Part shown: in pieces, positions 1-12,700 of the stretch
Layout of the letters: every line of letters begins with the position of its first letter
How positions within the stretch are numbered: the first letter of the stretch is position 1
Virus record (IMG/VR): IMGVR_UViG_3300021963_000003
Span: 17-64,016 of that record
Length of the DNA stretch: 64,000 nucleotides
Direction: 5' to 3' (one strand)
Source: a virus
Lineage: Duplodnaviria; Caudoviricetes
The notes under the pieces: model-generated
The model's database searches: none
What the model was told of the DNA's origin: nothing
The model's input: only the letters and a program-made list of their open reading frames with translations
Made by a program: the position numbers and the translations under genes

Positions 1-111
1 TAATTCACAACGAATTTACTTCTTTCCGCCCCTAGCTCTTTTGTCTCCCGCTGTATCTGATTTAGAGCCTCTATTTACGGAGGCTTTTTTCATTACAATA
101 CCTTTGCTAGT
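1..111. repeat. Terminal direct repeat / circular assembly overlap (copy 1)
   Basis: 1-111 is identical to 63890-64000. Confidence 0.95.
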
Positions 112-285
112 ATGTGATGCGTCTTTTCCATCTCCGTTTCCATAAGTTCCTTTATCACGATTAACCTTAACTAACTCAACACGCTTGGCACGTTGCTCAG
201 GTTTCTTATTAAACTCTTTATTATATGCATCTTTCTTAGCCTTAGCCTCTGGATTACTTGCATAATACTTTGCAGATTTCTTCAT
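16..285 (-). CDS. Small basic phage protein with degenerate HNH-like motif
   Basis: 89-aa K/R-rich ORF; GDGKDASH...SVNRG resembles the small phage HNH-like family. Confidence 0.6.
   Translation of the reverse strand: MKKSAKYYASNPEAKAKKDAYNKEFNKKPEQRAKRVELVKVNRDKGTYGNGDGKDASHTSKGIVMKKASVNRGSKSDTAGDKRARGGKK
64..90 (+). terminator. Intrinsic terminator ending the plus-strand arm
   Basis: AGCCTC-tatttacg-GAGGCT followed by a T run, at the point where the two arms converge. Confidence 0.6.
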
Positions 286-296
286 AACACTATCAA

Positions 297-764
297 CTAT
301 TTATGATTCTTGGCTACTAAGTTACACAATTCTATGAAATATTTCTGGGTAAACGTCCACTTCATATAGTTAACATCCTTGTGAAGTAGCTGTATATTTC
401 TTTTGATGTAGCCCTTGTCGTTGTTAATCCTATCAATGCTTACTATGCCATTGTCCGTGTCTGTATCAAAGTCTAATGGTAGTCCTGATAACGCACACTT
501 CCTGTCCTGCTTAATATAAATAGTCCAGAGATATTTAATGTCAAAACCAAATTCCCTCCCCTTCTCTAGGGCTTTCTTTCTTTTGATTTCAAACCAAGTA
601 ATAGGTATTTCTTTGTACTTCCCCTTGTTGTTCTTGCCTGATTTGTTATGGCAACTTATGCAGACGGTGTTATTTTTGGTCGCCCTAATAAGCTCATACT
701 TAGCTGAGTAATATTGTTTGTTCCCGCAGGACTGACAAAACTTAAACCACTCAGTTAATTTCAT
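297..764 (-). CDS. HNH-type homing endonuclease with zinc finger
   Basis: CxxC..CxxC N-terminus; CALSG and SIDRINNDKGY..NIQL..VN motifs. Confidence 0.75.
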   Translation of the reverse strand: MKLTEWFKFCQSCGNKQYYSAKYELIRATKNNTVCISCHNKSGKNNKGKYKEIPITWFEIKRKKALEKGREFGFDIKYLWTIYIKQDRKCALSGLPLDFDTDTDNGIVSIDRINNDKGYIKRNIQLLHKDVNYMKWTFTQKYFIELCNLVAKNHK

Positions 765-1051
765 TTACTTTTTTTATGAGCATTCGCAAATTTTCTTGCT
801 GACTCAACACTTCCAAATCCCCAAGCCTTTAGAGCAAGTGCTTTTCTTGTAGGCTCTCCGTTAGGTTTCTTCATTGGTCCAGCCATCCCCGCAAACCTTG
901 CGGCAAACGAAACACGTCTAGGATTAGTCCCTGCTTTAACGGGAGCTTTTAGATTGCCCCCAGTTTGAGCATTATAAGAAGCCCTGCCCCTAGAATTCAA
1001 GCCGCCCGCCTTGTTTTGTCCTTCTTTTCTTGTCCAAGCAGGTGTAGCCAT
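761..1051 (-). CDS. Small basic conserved phage protein (DUF6321-like)
   Basis: AWTRKEG.N..GGLN..GR.SY...LKAPV..RR.SF.AR pattern. Confidence 0.65.
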   Translation of the reverse strand: MATPAWTRKEGQNKAGGLNSRGRASYNAQTGGNLKAPVKAGTNPRRVSFAARFAGMAGPMKKPNGEPTRKALALKAWGFGSVESARKFANAHKKSK

Positions 1052-1055
1052 ATTA

Positions 1056-2426
1056 TTATGCGTTAGAAGTTTTATTGCTCATAGATTGGCTATTCATTGC
1101 AATTGTATTATTTAATTGAATAACATTATCTACTCCATATCTAAAAAGGAATCTTTTAAATACTGGGTCATCATTTACTTTCTTATCTTTTAAAGCCTTA
1201 TCTAGTTTTTCTTTATTAAGCTCTTCTCCAAAAGATTTTGTTATGCCAGACTTATAAAGCAAATTGCGAACACCCATAAGGTCTCCATATTGCTCACCAG
1301 AAAATTGTCTTATATTTGAGTTTTTATCATAATGAATATCACCCTTAAGTTCAATTTCGCTGTCTGTTGGTTTGGCTAATTCGACAAACTTTTTCATTTC
1401 ATTTATGTTTAATCCAGCACTTATTGGCGTTTTATTCTTTTTGGAAGTAACTGAATCCCAAAATTTAGCATTAATCCTGTCTGATTCGGGCAATAAAGGG
1501 TAGCCCATTTCATCGAATCCGAAAAAATCACCTTTTTTTACTTTACTGTTCTTTGCACTCGAATGAGTTAATTCGTGTGCAGCAACAGACGGTAGCCCAT
1601 CTTTTGATAAAACAACTTTGTTTTCTTCAGGAGAAAAATAATTTTGAATAGAAGAATCGCCACCAATTAAAACTGGTACGGTATTTAAATTATCTACCCT
1701 TTGTGTTCTTTTCTCTTTTGCAATCGCGGTCTCATATTTATTTTTTTGATATTTATTAGCTGCCCCTCCTATATATTGCTCAGGAAAATTAGCCTGCCTT
1801 TGTTCATACGCAGGAGAATTAATATATTTCCCCATATCTTTTTTCATTAAATCAACCATTGATTTATTGACCCCTCCTTTATTTAGTAAAATATTATAAG
1901 CCAAATATTTATTAACCTCTTCATCTGTTTGAACATTACCCAAAAGTTGTGCCATATCTTCTTGCCTTTTCTTATTTTTAATTTCTGTTTCTGCTAAATC
2001 TCCTTTTTCTTTTGGTATTTTAGTTGAATTATTAGATTCACTAGGCTTACTATTTTTATTTTCTTTATTATAAGCGTCAATTTCAGCCTGTTCTTTAGCA
2101 AATTTTTCAGACATTTTCTTGTCTTCTTGGTCAAATGAGTCTATCTCAGACGGTTCAGCTTTCTTAGATTTTACTTTTACTTTCTCGTCACTCCTAAATT
2201 GGGGAGGAAGGAACTTGGTAGTTGTTTTTTGCTTAGGGGCTTCCTCTTGCGTAGTATTTACAACATATTGCCGTGCCTCAACTAACCCACTTGGCTCTTT
2301 ACCAGAAAATAATGCATCTTGAATGTCTTTTGCATTAGGCGTCAAATTGAACGAATAGCCAACCATAACTTTCTGTAAAGGAGAATTCCCAAACCCCGCT
2401 ATGTCAGCTAAAGATTTCATTGCCAT
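1056..2426 (-). CDS. Putative virion/cargo protein with HEXXH zincin-like motif
   Basis: 456 aa; AAHELTH motif; located next to the ejection proteins. Confidence 0.55.
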   Translation of the reverse strand: MAMKSLADIAGFGNSPLQKVMVGYSFNLTPNAKDIQDALFSGKEPSGLVEARQYVVNTTQEEAPKQKTTTKFLPPQFRSDEKVKVKSKKAEPSEIDSFDQEDKKMSEKFAKEQAEIDAYNKENKNSKPSESNNSTKIPKEKGDLAETEIKNKKRQEDMAQLLGNVQTDEEVNKYLAYNILLNKGGVNKSMVDLMKKDMGKYINSPAYEQRQANFPEQYIGGAANKYQKNKYETAIAKEKRTQRVDNLNTVPVLIGGDSSIQNYFSPEENKVVLSKDGLPSVAAHELTHSSAKNSKVKKGDFFGFDEMGYPLLPESDRINAKFWDSVTSKKNKTPISAGLNINEMKKFVELAKPTDSEIELKGDIHYDKNSNIRQFSGEQYGDLMGVRNLLYKSGITKSFGEELNKEKLDKALKDKKVNDDPVFKRFLFRYGVDNVIQLNNTIAMNSQSMSNKTSNA

Positions 2427-2427
2427 A

Positions 2428-2916
2428 TTATTTCTTTAATAAATTAAGTCCCTTTAACTTTGCAATTATCTTATTAGCTTCTTCTTCGGCTTTACCTATT
2501 GCCTCCTCTTCTTTGTCCTTTATATTCCAATTGCTCAACAATATACTCATATGCATTGTTTCGTGCATCACAGCAGTTGCTTGTTCGCTAGGAGAATACT
2601 TTTTGAATGTACCCATATTTAAGAACAAGAAGGGCTTATAAGGGGCTTTGGCTATTAGCTTCTTGTCAGCAGGGTCATAATTTGTAAGCCCATAGATGTA
2701 CACTCCGTTACCCACTGTCTTATCAACCTCTTCTGCTTGAGCATCTTTTAGATTAAGCCCGTGCATCTCTTTGACATTGTAATATTTAAAGATATCGGTA
2801 GCGTCTTTGCCTACAATAAGGACATACTTGCCCATATCATAATGTTTCACTTTATTAGCTATACTAATTAGGCTATTGCCTTTCTTTAATTTCTGTATAT
2901 CTATTAAGTTCGCCAT
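2428..2916 (-). CDS. Putative HEXXH metallopeptidase-like protein
   Basis: VMHETMH motif followed by EEEA. Confidence 0.55.
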   Translation of the reverse strand: MANLIDIQKLKKGNSLISIANKVKHYDMGKYVLIVGKDATDIFKYYNVKEMHGLNLKDAQAEEVDKTVGNGVYIYGLTNYDPADKKLIAKAPYKPFLFLNMGTFKKYSPSEQATAVMHETMHMSILLSNWNIKDKEEEAIGKAEEEANKIIAKLKGLNLLKK

Positions 2917-3062
2917 TACTTCTTCTTTGCAGTCTTAGCTGCTTGCTTAAATTGCTTTGCAGTAGGTGCTCCTTTAGAGCCTACCTTTCTCATTGTTTCG
3001 CCTGAGCCAGCTTCGATTCTTTTACGCTTTGCGTTGATGTTTGCGTATAGTCCGTTCTTCAT
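2916..3062 (-). CDS. 48-aa lysine-rich phage protein (below ORF-track cutoff)
   Basis: MKNGLYANINAKRKRIEAGSGETMRKVGSKGAPTAKQFKQAAKTAKKK; stop overlaps the next ATG. Confidence 0.75.
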   Translation of the reverse strand: MKNGLYANINAKRKRIEAGSGETMRKVGSKGAPTAKQFKQAAKTAKKK

Positions 3063-3069
3063 TCTAGTA

Positions 3070-3537
3070 TTATTTAAAAGTTAAACGATATATAGTTTGG
3101 TCTACTAGACCATTAATTTCATCTAAGATGTTTGTTAACGCAGGATTGCCGATTACTAACATTCTTGCTCCACCTGATATGTAAGACTTAAATTCCTCTA
3201 AGAAAGTCACAGGAGCATCTAATGTATAAGGCTTAACTTCCATATCACAGCCCATCATAATACGTCCATAGCATCCTTGATATGACTCAATGAACCTGTC
3301 CATCAAATTATTAAATCCTTCGTAGAATTCACCTAAAGCTTCGTGCTCGGAAAAACTTGACGTTTGCCAATGGAATACCTTTGCTTGTGCCGATGCTTCT
3401 AACATCTCACATAACAACTCCTCTTGTGGGTCTTCTGTTTCTCCAGACTCTGAAGAGTTTTGTGAGTAGTCATTCATTAAAGTTCCAAAGGCTGATGCTC
3501 TCTTGGCTCTTTGTTGCATTTCTATTATACTTGCCAT
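3070..3537 (-). CDS. Dps/ferritin-like four-helix protein (DUF5856-like)
   Basis: HWQT.S..EH.ALG.FY...D.F.E.YQG..G and L.NILDEI......Y.L motifs. Confidence 0.75.
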   Translation of the reverse strand: MASIIEMQQRAKRASAFGTLMNDYSQNSSESGETEDPQEELLCEMLEASAQAKVFHWQTSSFSEHEALGEFYEGFNNLMDRFIESYQGCYGRIMMGCDMEVKPYTLDAPVTFLEEFKSYISGGARMLVIGNPALTNILDEINGLVDQTIYRLTFK

Positions 3538-3594
3538 AAGTTTAACTTGTTAAACGGTGATGAGCGTTAGCGACTCATTAGCTTATTATTTTTT

Positions 3595-3602
3595 CAAAGT
3601 TA
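3595..3602 (-). promoter_or_regulatory. Bacteroidota sigmaA -7 element (TAACTTTG)
   Basis: TAnnTTTG about 60 nt upstream of the Dps-like gene. Confidence 0.55.
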
Positions 3603-3606
3603 ATAC

Positions 3607-3753
3607 TTATTTTTTCTTTTTAGATGCTAAGTATTTAAAATAGTTCACCTGCTTTTCTCTCTTAGCAATTCCTTCTTTAGTCTTAGCAGTACCTAAGTTG
3701 CGTCCTGTGGTTTTGGAGACTAACTTGTAGCCTCCCTTGATTTTCTTTATCAT
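3607..3753 (-). CDS. 48-aa lysine-rich phage protein (below ORF-track cutoff)
   Basis: MIKKIKGGYKLVSKTTGRNLGTAKTKEGIAKREKQVNYFKYLASKKKK; ATGA overlap with the stop of the 3003-aa gene. Confidence 0.7.
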   Translation of the reverse strand: MIKKIKGGYKLVSKTTGRNLGTAKTKEGIAKREKQVNYFKYLASKKKK

Positions 3754-6700
3754 TTCTTTTTTATTAATTCGTTGTATATATCTTCTGTCTCGTAAGCTTC
3801 TTTAGACGATGTTCCGTAGTCAATAAGTCCGTCAATTACTTGTCTTGCTTTTGCCGCGTCATTATCGTACATATACTTAATTAATTTAGCTTTCCCTTCT
3901 GCTCCTTTTGTGTAATGCAATATCTTAACTTCATTGGCTATATCAGATTTAATATATGACCTGTCTATAGCGTTGTTATCTATAAGATTAGCTTTTCTGT
4001 CGATACGTTCCATTAATTGGTCACTGTCCCAATATCCAGATTCCTTAGCCATCTTGTCAACATTAGTAAAGAAATTCTTAGAGTCAGCTTTATACATATT
4101 TTTTAATATAGTATCAATAGATTTATCAACATCATTATATTTCATTGACTCCTCTTTGCTCATCTTATATAATTCCTCATTGCGCCTAAATTCTGCTTTT
4201 TCTGCATCTGTAAACGTAGCAAATCTTTTGGTGACTGTCTTCAATAATTTACTACCAGAAAGACCACTCTCCCCAAATTCTCCTTCGCTTTTAGCAGGTA
4301 TAATTTTATTTGCAATTTCAGATAATACACCATATCCCAATCCTATTAATATGTTGGTAGACGGAGCCGTAATAAATGTTTCAGCTACTGCCTGCATTTT
4401 CTTGGGAGATACTTGATTTTGAGATGTATTATTAGACATAGAGCGAGCCATAGCCTTATAAAAATAAGGAATGTTAGGGTCATCCTGTCCTCTCATATAC
4501 GGAGACAATTCTTGGTCTCTATCGCTTTCTATCTGCTTATCTCTAAATGAATCATAATTCATTGCTCCCTTGATAACAGCATTTGCAAGCACGTGCTTAG
4601 AAATTATTTTAGGTATCGCATTCTTAATTCCTTCAATAGAAGTAACATTAGGAATAGGAATAGGTGATGCTACATTTAATAAATCAAAGAACCTGTCTGC
4701 TGCGGGAATATCTTTTTGCTCTTTACCCTGAAGTTGCCTCATTGTCATTTCTGCAAACGTTCTTGTAACGCCTAAAAATGGAACTAACGTTGGGTTATTT
4801 TTAACGTCAGCAGTAACAAAAATAGGATTTCCATTAGCATCTTTAACCTTGGTATCAAATGCAAACAAGAATGAATATAAATCTTTTCTGTATTCATCTA
4901 GTTCATCATATGCATCGCCCATAAGAGCCATAATAGCCATTGTGCCTAAGAACTTTCCAACAACAAGTTGCGATAACTTGGCTGCTGTTTGCCCCTTATT
5001 ATCAGCAATATATTCTACTGCTGCGCCCGCCGCCTGAATACTAGAGTTTAGGTAAGCTATATTTAAATTAGGTAAGCTAGTTCCTCTCTGAGCAAAGTCC
5101 GTATAAGCCCTTGATTGAGCAGCTGCAATTTCTTGAATCTTTAAGATATCAGATTCGTTAGGATTAGCCCCTCCATTCTCATCTTGGAACTTCTTAATTA
5201 AGTTTTTCTTAGATTGGTCATACGCCGCTAATCTCATAGCTAATTCAGTCTTCTCGTTCATATAAGATAAAACTGCTTTAGCTTTTGTTTTAAGCCATTG
5301 ACCTTTTTTATTTTCTTCGCCATTTACAAGTGCAATATTAATACTACGTTGGCGTTGCTCTTTCATTGTAGACATCCTGTCCATAGCCCCACCTGCAGAA
5401 ATATATTCTTGCAATGTTTTATCCACAAACTCTTTATTATTTCCAAAGAAATCAGAGAATTTAATTGCTCTTGCTAAAGCTCTGGCTCCTGCTGAGTAAA
5501 CGTTTGATTCTATTATTCCTCCCTGTGTCCATATATCAGAAAAGAATACTTGCTGCTGCAAGTCCATTGAAATATTACCAATCCAGAATACAGGGTTATT
5601 TCTTGTTGCAAATCCCGTAAGTTGCCTATTAGCCCAATCTGTTGTATTGTAGTAAATATTGCTAACTGTGCCAGATAATTCCCCATCTTTCCAAACAATA
5701 TTATTCCCTTCTATTTGATTAAACATTTCTGTTTCCATCTGATAGTAATTGATAACTCCATCTTTTTTATATGGAACATTAACAAATCCTTCGTCAGCAT
5801 TATTAACAGACAATTGTTTTCCGTTAGAACGTATGTTACCTTGGTTATCTCTTAGGTAATTCGCAGGACGCATAAAGGTAATTTGTTGCCCGTTCTTGCC
5901 AATTACAGCAGATTGAATTCCATTCTCATCCGTCTTAATATTCTCATCAAAAATAGCCTCTCTTAACTTATTCTTAGCTATTGCTCTTGCTGTACCTATG
6001 TAGCTTTCTGCTAATAAAAGTCTAGCATCTTGTTCCAAGAAATTCTCAGTACCTTCTTTGGATAATGCCGCCCAACCCTTAACAGATGAAACTCCATTAA
6101 GCATTGTAATAGACATATCTTGCTCCCCATATAACCTGTCTAAGGTTTTTCTATATGAATAAAAATCATCCTTGTAAGTATCTGCAATTTCTTTTGAGAT
6201 TATTCCAGCATCTCTAAGTTTTATTACTTGCTCATTACCAACCTTGCGATACATATCAGCACGTGCTGTTAACATATCATATTCAGATTCGCCTATCTCT
6301 AATCTTAAAGCATCTAAGAAAGCTTCAGCAGTTTGTGACGTTGCGTCTGTTCTACCATCAAGAGTTTTACCGTGTTTCTTTACAGGAACATTAGTTCTAG
6401 CTTGTCTTGTAATTGAAGCCGACTCAATAGACGATGGCATACGACCAATAGTATCAATAAAATTAACCGTCAATTTCTCTATTTCATCTTGGTATTGCCT
6501 CTCAGTATTTTTATCTACCTGAAGTATACGCAAGTTAAATATCATTAAGTTCAATTTCTTTTCTCCTTGTTCTTGTAAGCCATTGCCAAAAATATCATTA
6601 TATATCTGGCTTAATTCTTGTCCTGCTGAATAAGCGATTCCATTAAGGTTTCTTAATCTTGATTGAGCCAAACTTGTTTGAGTGCTAGCTTGAGCCAAAT

Positions 6701-9700
6701 TGCGTCTTCCGTAGAACTTACTATCATACTGTAATGCAATTTCCTTCTTTGTTTTCTCCCAAAGGTTTTCAGCCCTATCTAGCAAAGATTTCTTAGCCTT
6801 ATCGTATCCTTCATTATATGCATCTACAACAGAGCTTTTCTCATTTACTTTAGCTCCTTCAGGAATAGATGTATCAGGATTATCTTGAGGTAACGATGGA
6901 GTTAATGGGTCTGCAGAAGCTTTATCTACTATTCTTTGTGCGTCCTCTCTACTCATAGCAAAGGCTTCCATTAAGCCTTCAGTAAGCTCTGATTTAGAAT
7001 AATTGTTTAGATTGTTTCTAACAAATTGGATACGCTTATCGTCACGATTTATATCAGAGAATTGAATAGTTTCACCTAGCTTGTTTTTCATAGAGAAATT
7101 ATCTATAAATGCTTGGCTACCAAATGGAGCTTTAACGACATTCTTTGCTAACACTAATGCTCCAACCTGAATAACTTCGTCTGCAGAAACAACAGCAGTA
7201 CCGTCATTTTTATCATAAAAGAAACTATGGCGGAATGGATTCATCCCAACCTGTGTCCACGCAGGGTCATTCATTAACTCAGTAGCTCTTTTGTGAACTG
7301 CCTCAGGACTTTCATTTACCCAGTCTCCGTGTATACGCGCAATCGTTGCTTTAGTTTTATCTATTGCAATGTTTATTGCACCTTGCGGCTTTGTTCTAAA
7401 TTCTACATTCTTTAATACCGCCGTCTGACCATATGCTTTAATTTTATCATCAGATGACCCGTGAACAGAAACAACCCAAGTATCATAAGCATTGTATGCT
7501 GGAATATCCAATCTACTTGCTACTCGTTCTCCATCCTTGAATGTTTTATTTAATCCAACTATACCTGCCTTAGATAATGCTCCATCACTAAGAGCACCTA
7601 CAATTTCTTTAAAAGAAGGTATCTTAGGAACTTCTGGCATTAACTTTATTGGCATATTAGTCCTTACAACAGCAACGTATTCATCTAATGTAGCCAAACC
7701 ATTATTAAGAGCTTCTACTGTTTTTTGAACTATAGGGTTCCGCTCTTGTCTTTGACTTACTTGATTTTTATCTTTCCAAGCTTGCCTCTCAGCCACTGTC
7801 ATTCCCGCATCCGCAACAGTACTTTCCATTGTGTAGTTGCGGTCAAGGTCAGAATACTGTGCCTCAATATTTACGTCGCCTTTATTTGCATCTATTCCAT
7901 TCTTGAAGTCTTCATCATCAATAAGATATTGGTCCCCCATTGCACCTTCTTCAATAACTCCGTCAAGTTTCATATCAGCAAGCTTTGCTGTACCATTAAT
8001 AACACTTTCTAAAGACACGTTTCCATTATTAATAGATGTAACAATTCTATTTGCGGCAGCAGAGTACGTAGAATCTTCTCGTTGCTTAACTCCAAGATAT
8101 CCAAAAAGATTCTTTTCAAATATCCACAGGATAGCCTGAATATCAGAAATATCTAATTTCTCTCCTGTTGTTTCTAGTATATTATCTTGTACTTTCTCAA
8201 AAGTCTCTTTAGTAAAAGTTCTAAAATCTTTAGCAAACTTTGTTTTATTCTTTATATCATCCGTTAATCCATCTTTAATGTCATTAACTACGTCGGCAGA
8301 TTTTGAATAAATACTCTTTCCTTGTCTATATTTAGACATCTCAGCATTTCGTTGTTCCTTTGTTAAGGATGCATAAACGCCTCTACCACCAAGTAGTCTG
8401 TCAAATAATTTAGCGTGTGATTCTGCTAATGCTAATACATTCCCTTTAGATTGCCCCTCTAAATTATTTGCTTTTATAAATTTATCAAAGTCTACGCTAA
8501 GAACTTTTGCCCTCATATCTCCGCGATATCTAAACATTGTCCTTATACACCATCTATCTATAGTAGGAGTGCCTCCTAGACCAGATAGGTTAGAATAAAA
8601 TGCTCCAATTTTAGGACCAAAAATAATAATAGATGTAGGCAAGACTTGTGCATCATCCCAATCTGGATTTGTTGCATAGTCAGACGATAAAACTTTTGCA
8701 TATGACGAAACGCCTAAGTGTTCTACTATAGCCTTTTTTGATTCAGATATTGGTCTAACTGTCTGTAAAAATTCTTTTAATTTTACAGGGTTATTGTCAA
8801 AAGTTTCTAAAAGCCTATTGTATCTATTTATTGTAGTAGCAATAGCAGACAAAGCTTTACCTGTTCCAATGTCAGAAGGTATTTTACCCGTTTTCTGATA
8901 TGTTTCTAGTCCATATATAACTCTCATTAAATTGGTAGATACATCTGTAGAATTTGATGCAATCGAAATAATGATTGTCGCAATCTCTCTAACATCTTCT
9001 TTTTCTTTAATAGCTGGATATATTTCTGATATCCTATCTACCGCAGCAGCAAAATCTTCTGTATACCAACCTTTCCCAGATTTATCCCCAAATTTCTGCA
9101 TAGCAAAAACAGTTTCATCTGTAGCGTAATCTGATACTATTTTTAATGCATTGTCTCCAAAATCATCAATAGCCAATGCGTTGAATTTTTTGTTATAATA
9201 TTTATTTAATGCACTTGCTACACCATAGTTAGTTATTCCTTTTTTAGATTCTTTTGCCGCCGATATCCCAAGTTGTTCTAAGATTCCGTCAAATACTTCA
9301 TTTACCCTAAACTGCGTGCTTTCATTTGCAAATTTGCTAACGTTTTCAACGCCAACTATCTCTGATATATCTCGTCCTTCTTTTAATACATTTGAGATTT
9401 GGGTAGCTAATCTATTTAGAGCTGATTGGTCTGTATCGTTTAATACAGGATTAAATCCTAATACCTTAGCTATTTTATTAATAAAATCTACAATCGCTTG
9501 TTTTAATGAAGGCTTAACGTCATTAAGATTTAACTTTCCACTAGCAACGCGAGCAATTATTTCGACAACTAATTCGTCGTTACGAGTAAATTCATCGCCA
9601 TATGATGGGCTATTCTTAATCTGTTGTAATATTTTATTTACTTCAGGATTAGTCTTAGCTTCCTCTTTAGCGGCTGATACTAATTGATTATAAAGCTTAG

Positions 9701-12700
9701 GCTCGGTATTGCGAATAATGTTAATAATAGGGTGAGTTCCTTCGTGGAATATAACTGTCTTACCCCATTCCGATGGTAACATACTTTCATTAATAACAAC
9801 AACTCCGTCATTACTAAGAAACATACCTTGTTCAACATTTTGCTTACCATACTTAGTTCTAATACCCTCAGTATCAAGTACTTCTACTTTTATTCCTGAG
9901 CTAAATAATGATGAAGATAAACTAGCAATAGCCTGCTTATTTTCTGTCATTTCTTGGCTTTCTTCTTGAACTAGCTTTGCGGCAATTTCTCTGATGAGCT
10001 GGGCTCTTTCTTGTTCAGCAATTGAAGGTGCTTGTTCAGTAGGTTTACCCTCTGCTGTAGTGGCAGTTTCTGTAGATTGTCTTGCAGTCTCTGCAGTTGC
10101 TGTTGCTTGTCTTGCGGCATCGTCTGCTGCTGCGGCAAGTTGGTCTCTAGTGGATTCATCAAAAAGTTGTTTTATTTTATATTTGGCATCAATAAGCATT
10201 GCCCTTGTACCCTTAATCACTCTTGTCTTTCCGCTCTGATTATCTAATTTAATAGATACAGCATTCCCGTCTGCATCATACGTAATTGCTTTAAATGGAT
10301 TCTGGCTTTTGTTAGTAAACTTATTTCCATCAATGGTCACAGAGAAATCATCCCCTATTTCCATTTCTTGAGGAATGATATCAAACTCATCAATTGACCT
10401 GTCGCCAATATCTCTTATATTACCAAACTCATAAACTCTATTAGGGCTTTCAAATACAACAACCCCATTACCTTGCTTATAAATCTCACCTGTTTCTCCT
10501 CTATAAGTAAACGGAATTAATTCGTCAATAGCATCACGCATTGTTCTGCCTGTTGTTATTTGTTGCTCTTCTGCTAATGGGATAACTTCAGGCTTTGGCT
10601 GCTCTACAATAGGTTGTTCTGCAACAGCTTGACCCTCTTCAGGTTGTGGTTGAACAGCTTGTTCTGTTACCGAATCCTCTAGTCTAAGGTCGTTGTCGCT
10701 AGCAGATATTTGTTCTTGAACTCCTGATAATTTAAGCTTCTGCCCGTCATTACTAATATCTAAAATCTTTGTAGATTTATTATTAAAGAATACAGAGTCT
10801 CCAACATTATACTTATATAAGTTCTCTATTTTCTGCTGAAAACTTTCTGGTGTTATTGCTGTATTGTTTGTCTCAATATCTTTAGCTACAGATTTTAATA
10901 AATTAATTCTTCTAGCTCTTCTTTGAAACTCTTTCTCATTCTTTTGAAATGCATATTCAAATGCTAACTGATTCTTAGAATCTTTAAATATAGGTGAGCC
11001 TTGCTGTCCTAATCTTTTAATATCATCCACACTTACAATTCTTTCATTATCAGTTAATGACGCTAGTGCAGTAGAAGCCTCTTGAGCAATCCCTTGTATT
11101 TGACTAGTGTTATTTTGATTAGCTTGAATTAAAGAGTTTGGTATCATTCCCTTGAATACAGTCTGTCCATTCTCTTGCACAGGAGTTTTATCAATAAATT
11201 GAGCAAATCCTTCAGGGGCATTAGAAATCATATCAGGAACCGCAAACTCTGTAGTATTACCTGATTCTATATCATTGTTAATTGCATCTGCTGTAGGGGT
11301 CTCAATTGGAGCAACTGCTTTAGCAAATTGTAGTGCCATTTGATTTACCTCTTCAGGTACAACATTATTTTTAATATTAAATAACTGATACCTTGTGTAA
11401 GCTGGAATCTCAGAACCTTGATTAAAAGAAGTAATATTCTGCTCCATCAAATCAATATTTCTCATTGCATTGTCGTGTCCTGCTTGGTCTATTTTACCAT
11501 TAGCTAACGCTTTGCCAACTCCTTTTATTAAGTCTTCTTTAGATTCAGTTAATCCTTTTTTACCTGTTGACTCGTATGAGTTTTGTAATGTAGAGTATAT
11601 AGTAGGATTAAAAGAACGAGAGTTAATAAATGTCGCTCCCGCCTGACCCATTATACCACCGTATATAGCAGCATTTAATCCACCTACAAGAGTTTGTTTA
11701 CTCCACATTTCAACAGGAACATCGTTTCCATTCTCGTCTTGTGTTTTATATAAATTTGATTTTGCATTGGGGTCATCCTCATTACGTTTAGTTTCGTAAT
11801 AGTTGAATAGTTGTTGTGCCCCATTGTCGGCAACTGTCTGAACAAATTCTTCTGCTGCTTCAGGAACAAATCCTTTTGCAAACCCTACTGCTAAATTTAT
11901 TGGGTTAAGTATTCCTACTGCTTTCTTAGCAGTTTCATCAAATGCTTTTTTAGTTAAAACACTTTCTGTTATTTGCTTAATAGCTTCCTTAGAACCTTGC
12001 TTTGCTATACCCTTAGAGATAAGGTTTTCAAGACCAAATTTCTTTTCAATATAAGTCTCTATTCCACCTCTTACGGCGGATTCTCCTAAAGCCCTATCTG
12101 CGGGGATACCTTGTTTTCTAGCTTCTTGATAATTATTCTCAAAGTTAGCGGCAAAATTTACCATAAGTCCAACGCCGCCCGTAAACATATTTAATCCTAA
12201 CTGTGTAAGATTGTCTCCAATTGCTTCGCCAAATGCTTCTGCGTCAGGAGCTGTGAATTTAACATCAATTCCATCTTTTAAATCGATATCAATTAGCTGA
12301 GAACTACCTTTTGCTTTTTCGAACTTATATTTTTCTAAGTCCTTGTTTGCACCCTCCGCCATCTTCATTCTCTGGTCAAAGGATAGTTTATACTTCTCCC
12401 CTCCCGCAAATCCAGTTGGCATATTCTCGTATGGGTTCTGTAATGAAGAACCAAGTGTCATTATTCCTTGTGCACCTGTAACTAAACGACGTTCCGCCCC
12501 TTTCCCTAAACCAATAGTAGCGTCTGCAATATTAGAAGCGTATCCCTTTAATTTGTCGAACCACCCATCCTCTTCCTGACTCCCATCCATAGAAGGTTTC
12601 GCCACAGATAAGTCCATATCGGATTGGATTGGATTTTTTTTTTGAGCCGACAAGAACTTTGCTGCTAAATCTTCTGACGGCAATTGTATCTTAGAAGAAT

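Noticed and set aside
1-111. Biological terminal repeat
   Set aside because: It falls inside convergently overlapping genes and is most simply an assembly circularisation overlap.
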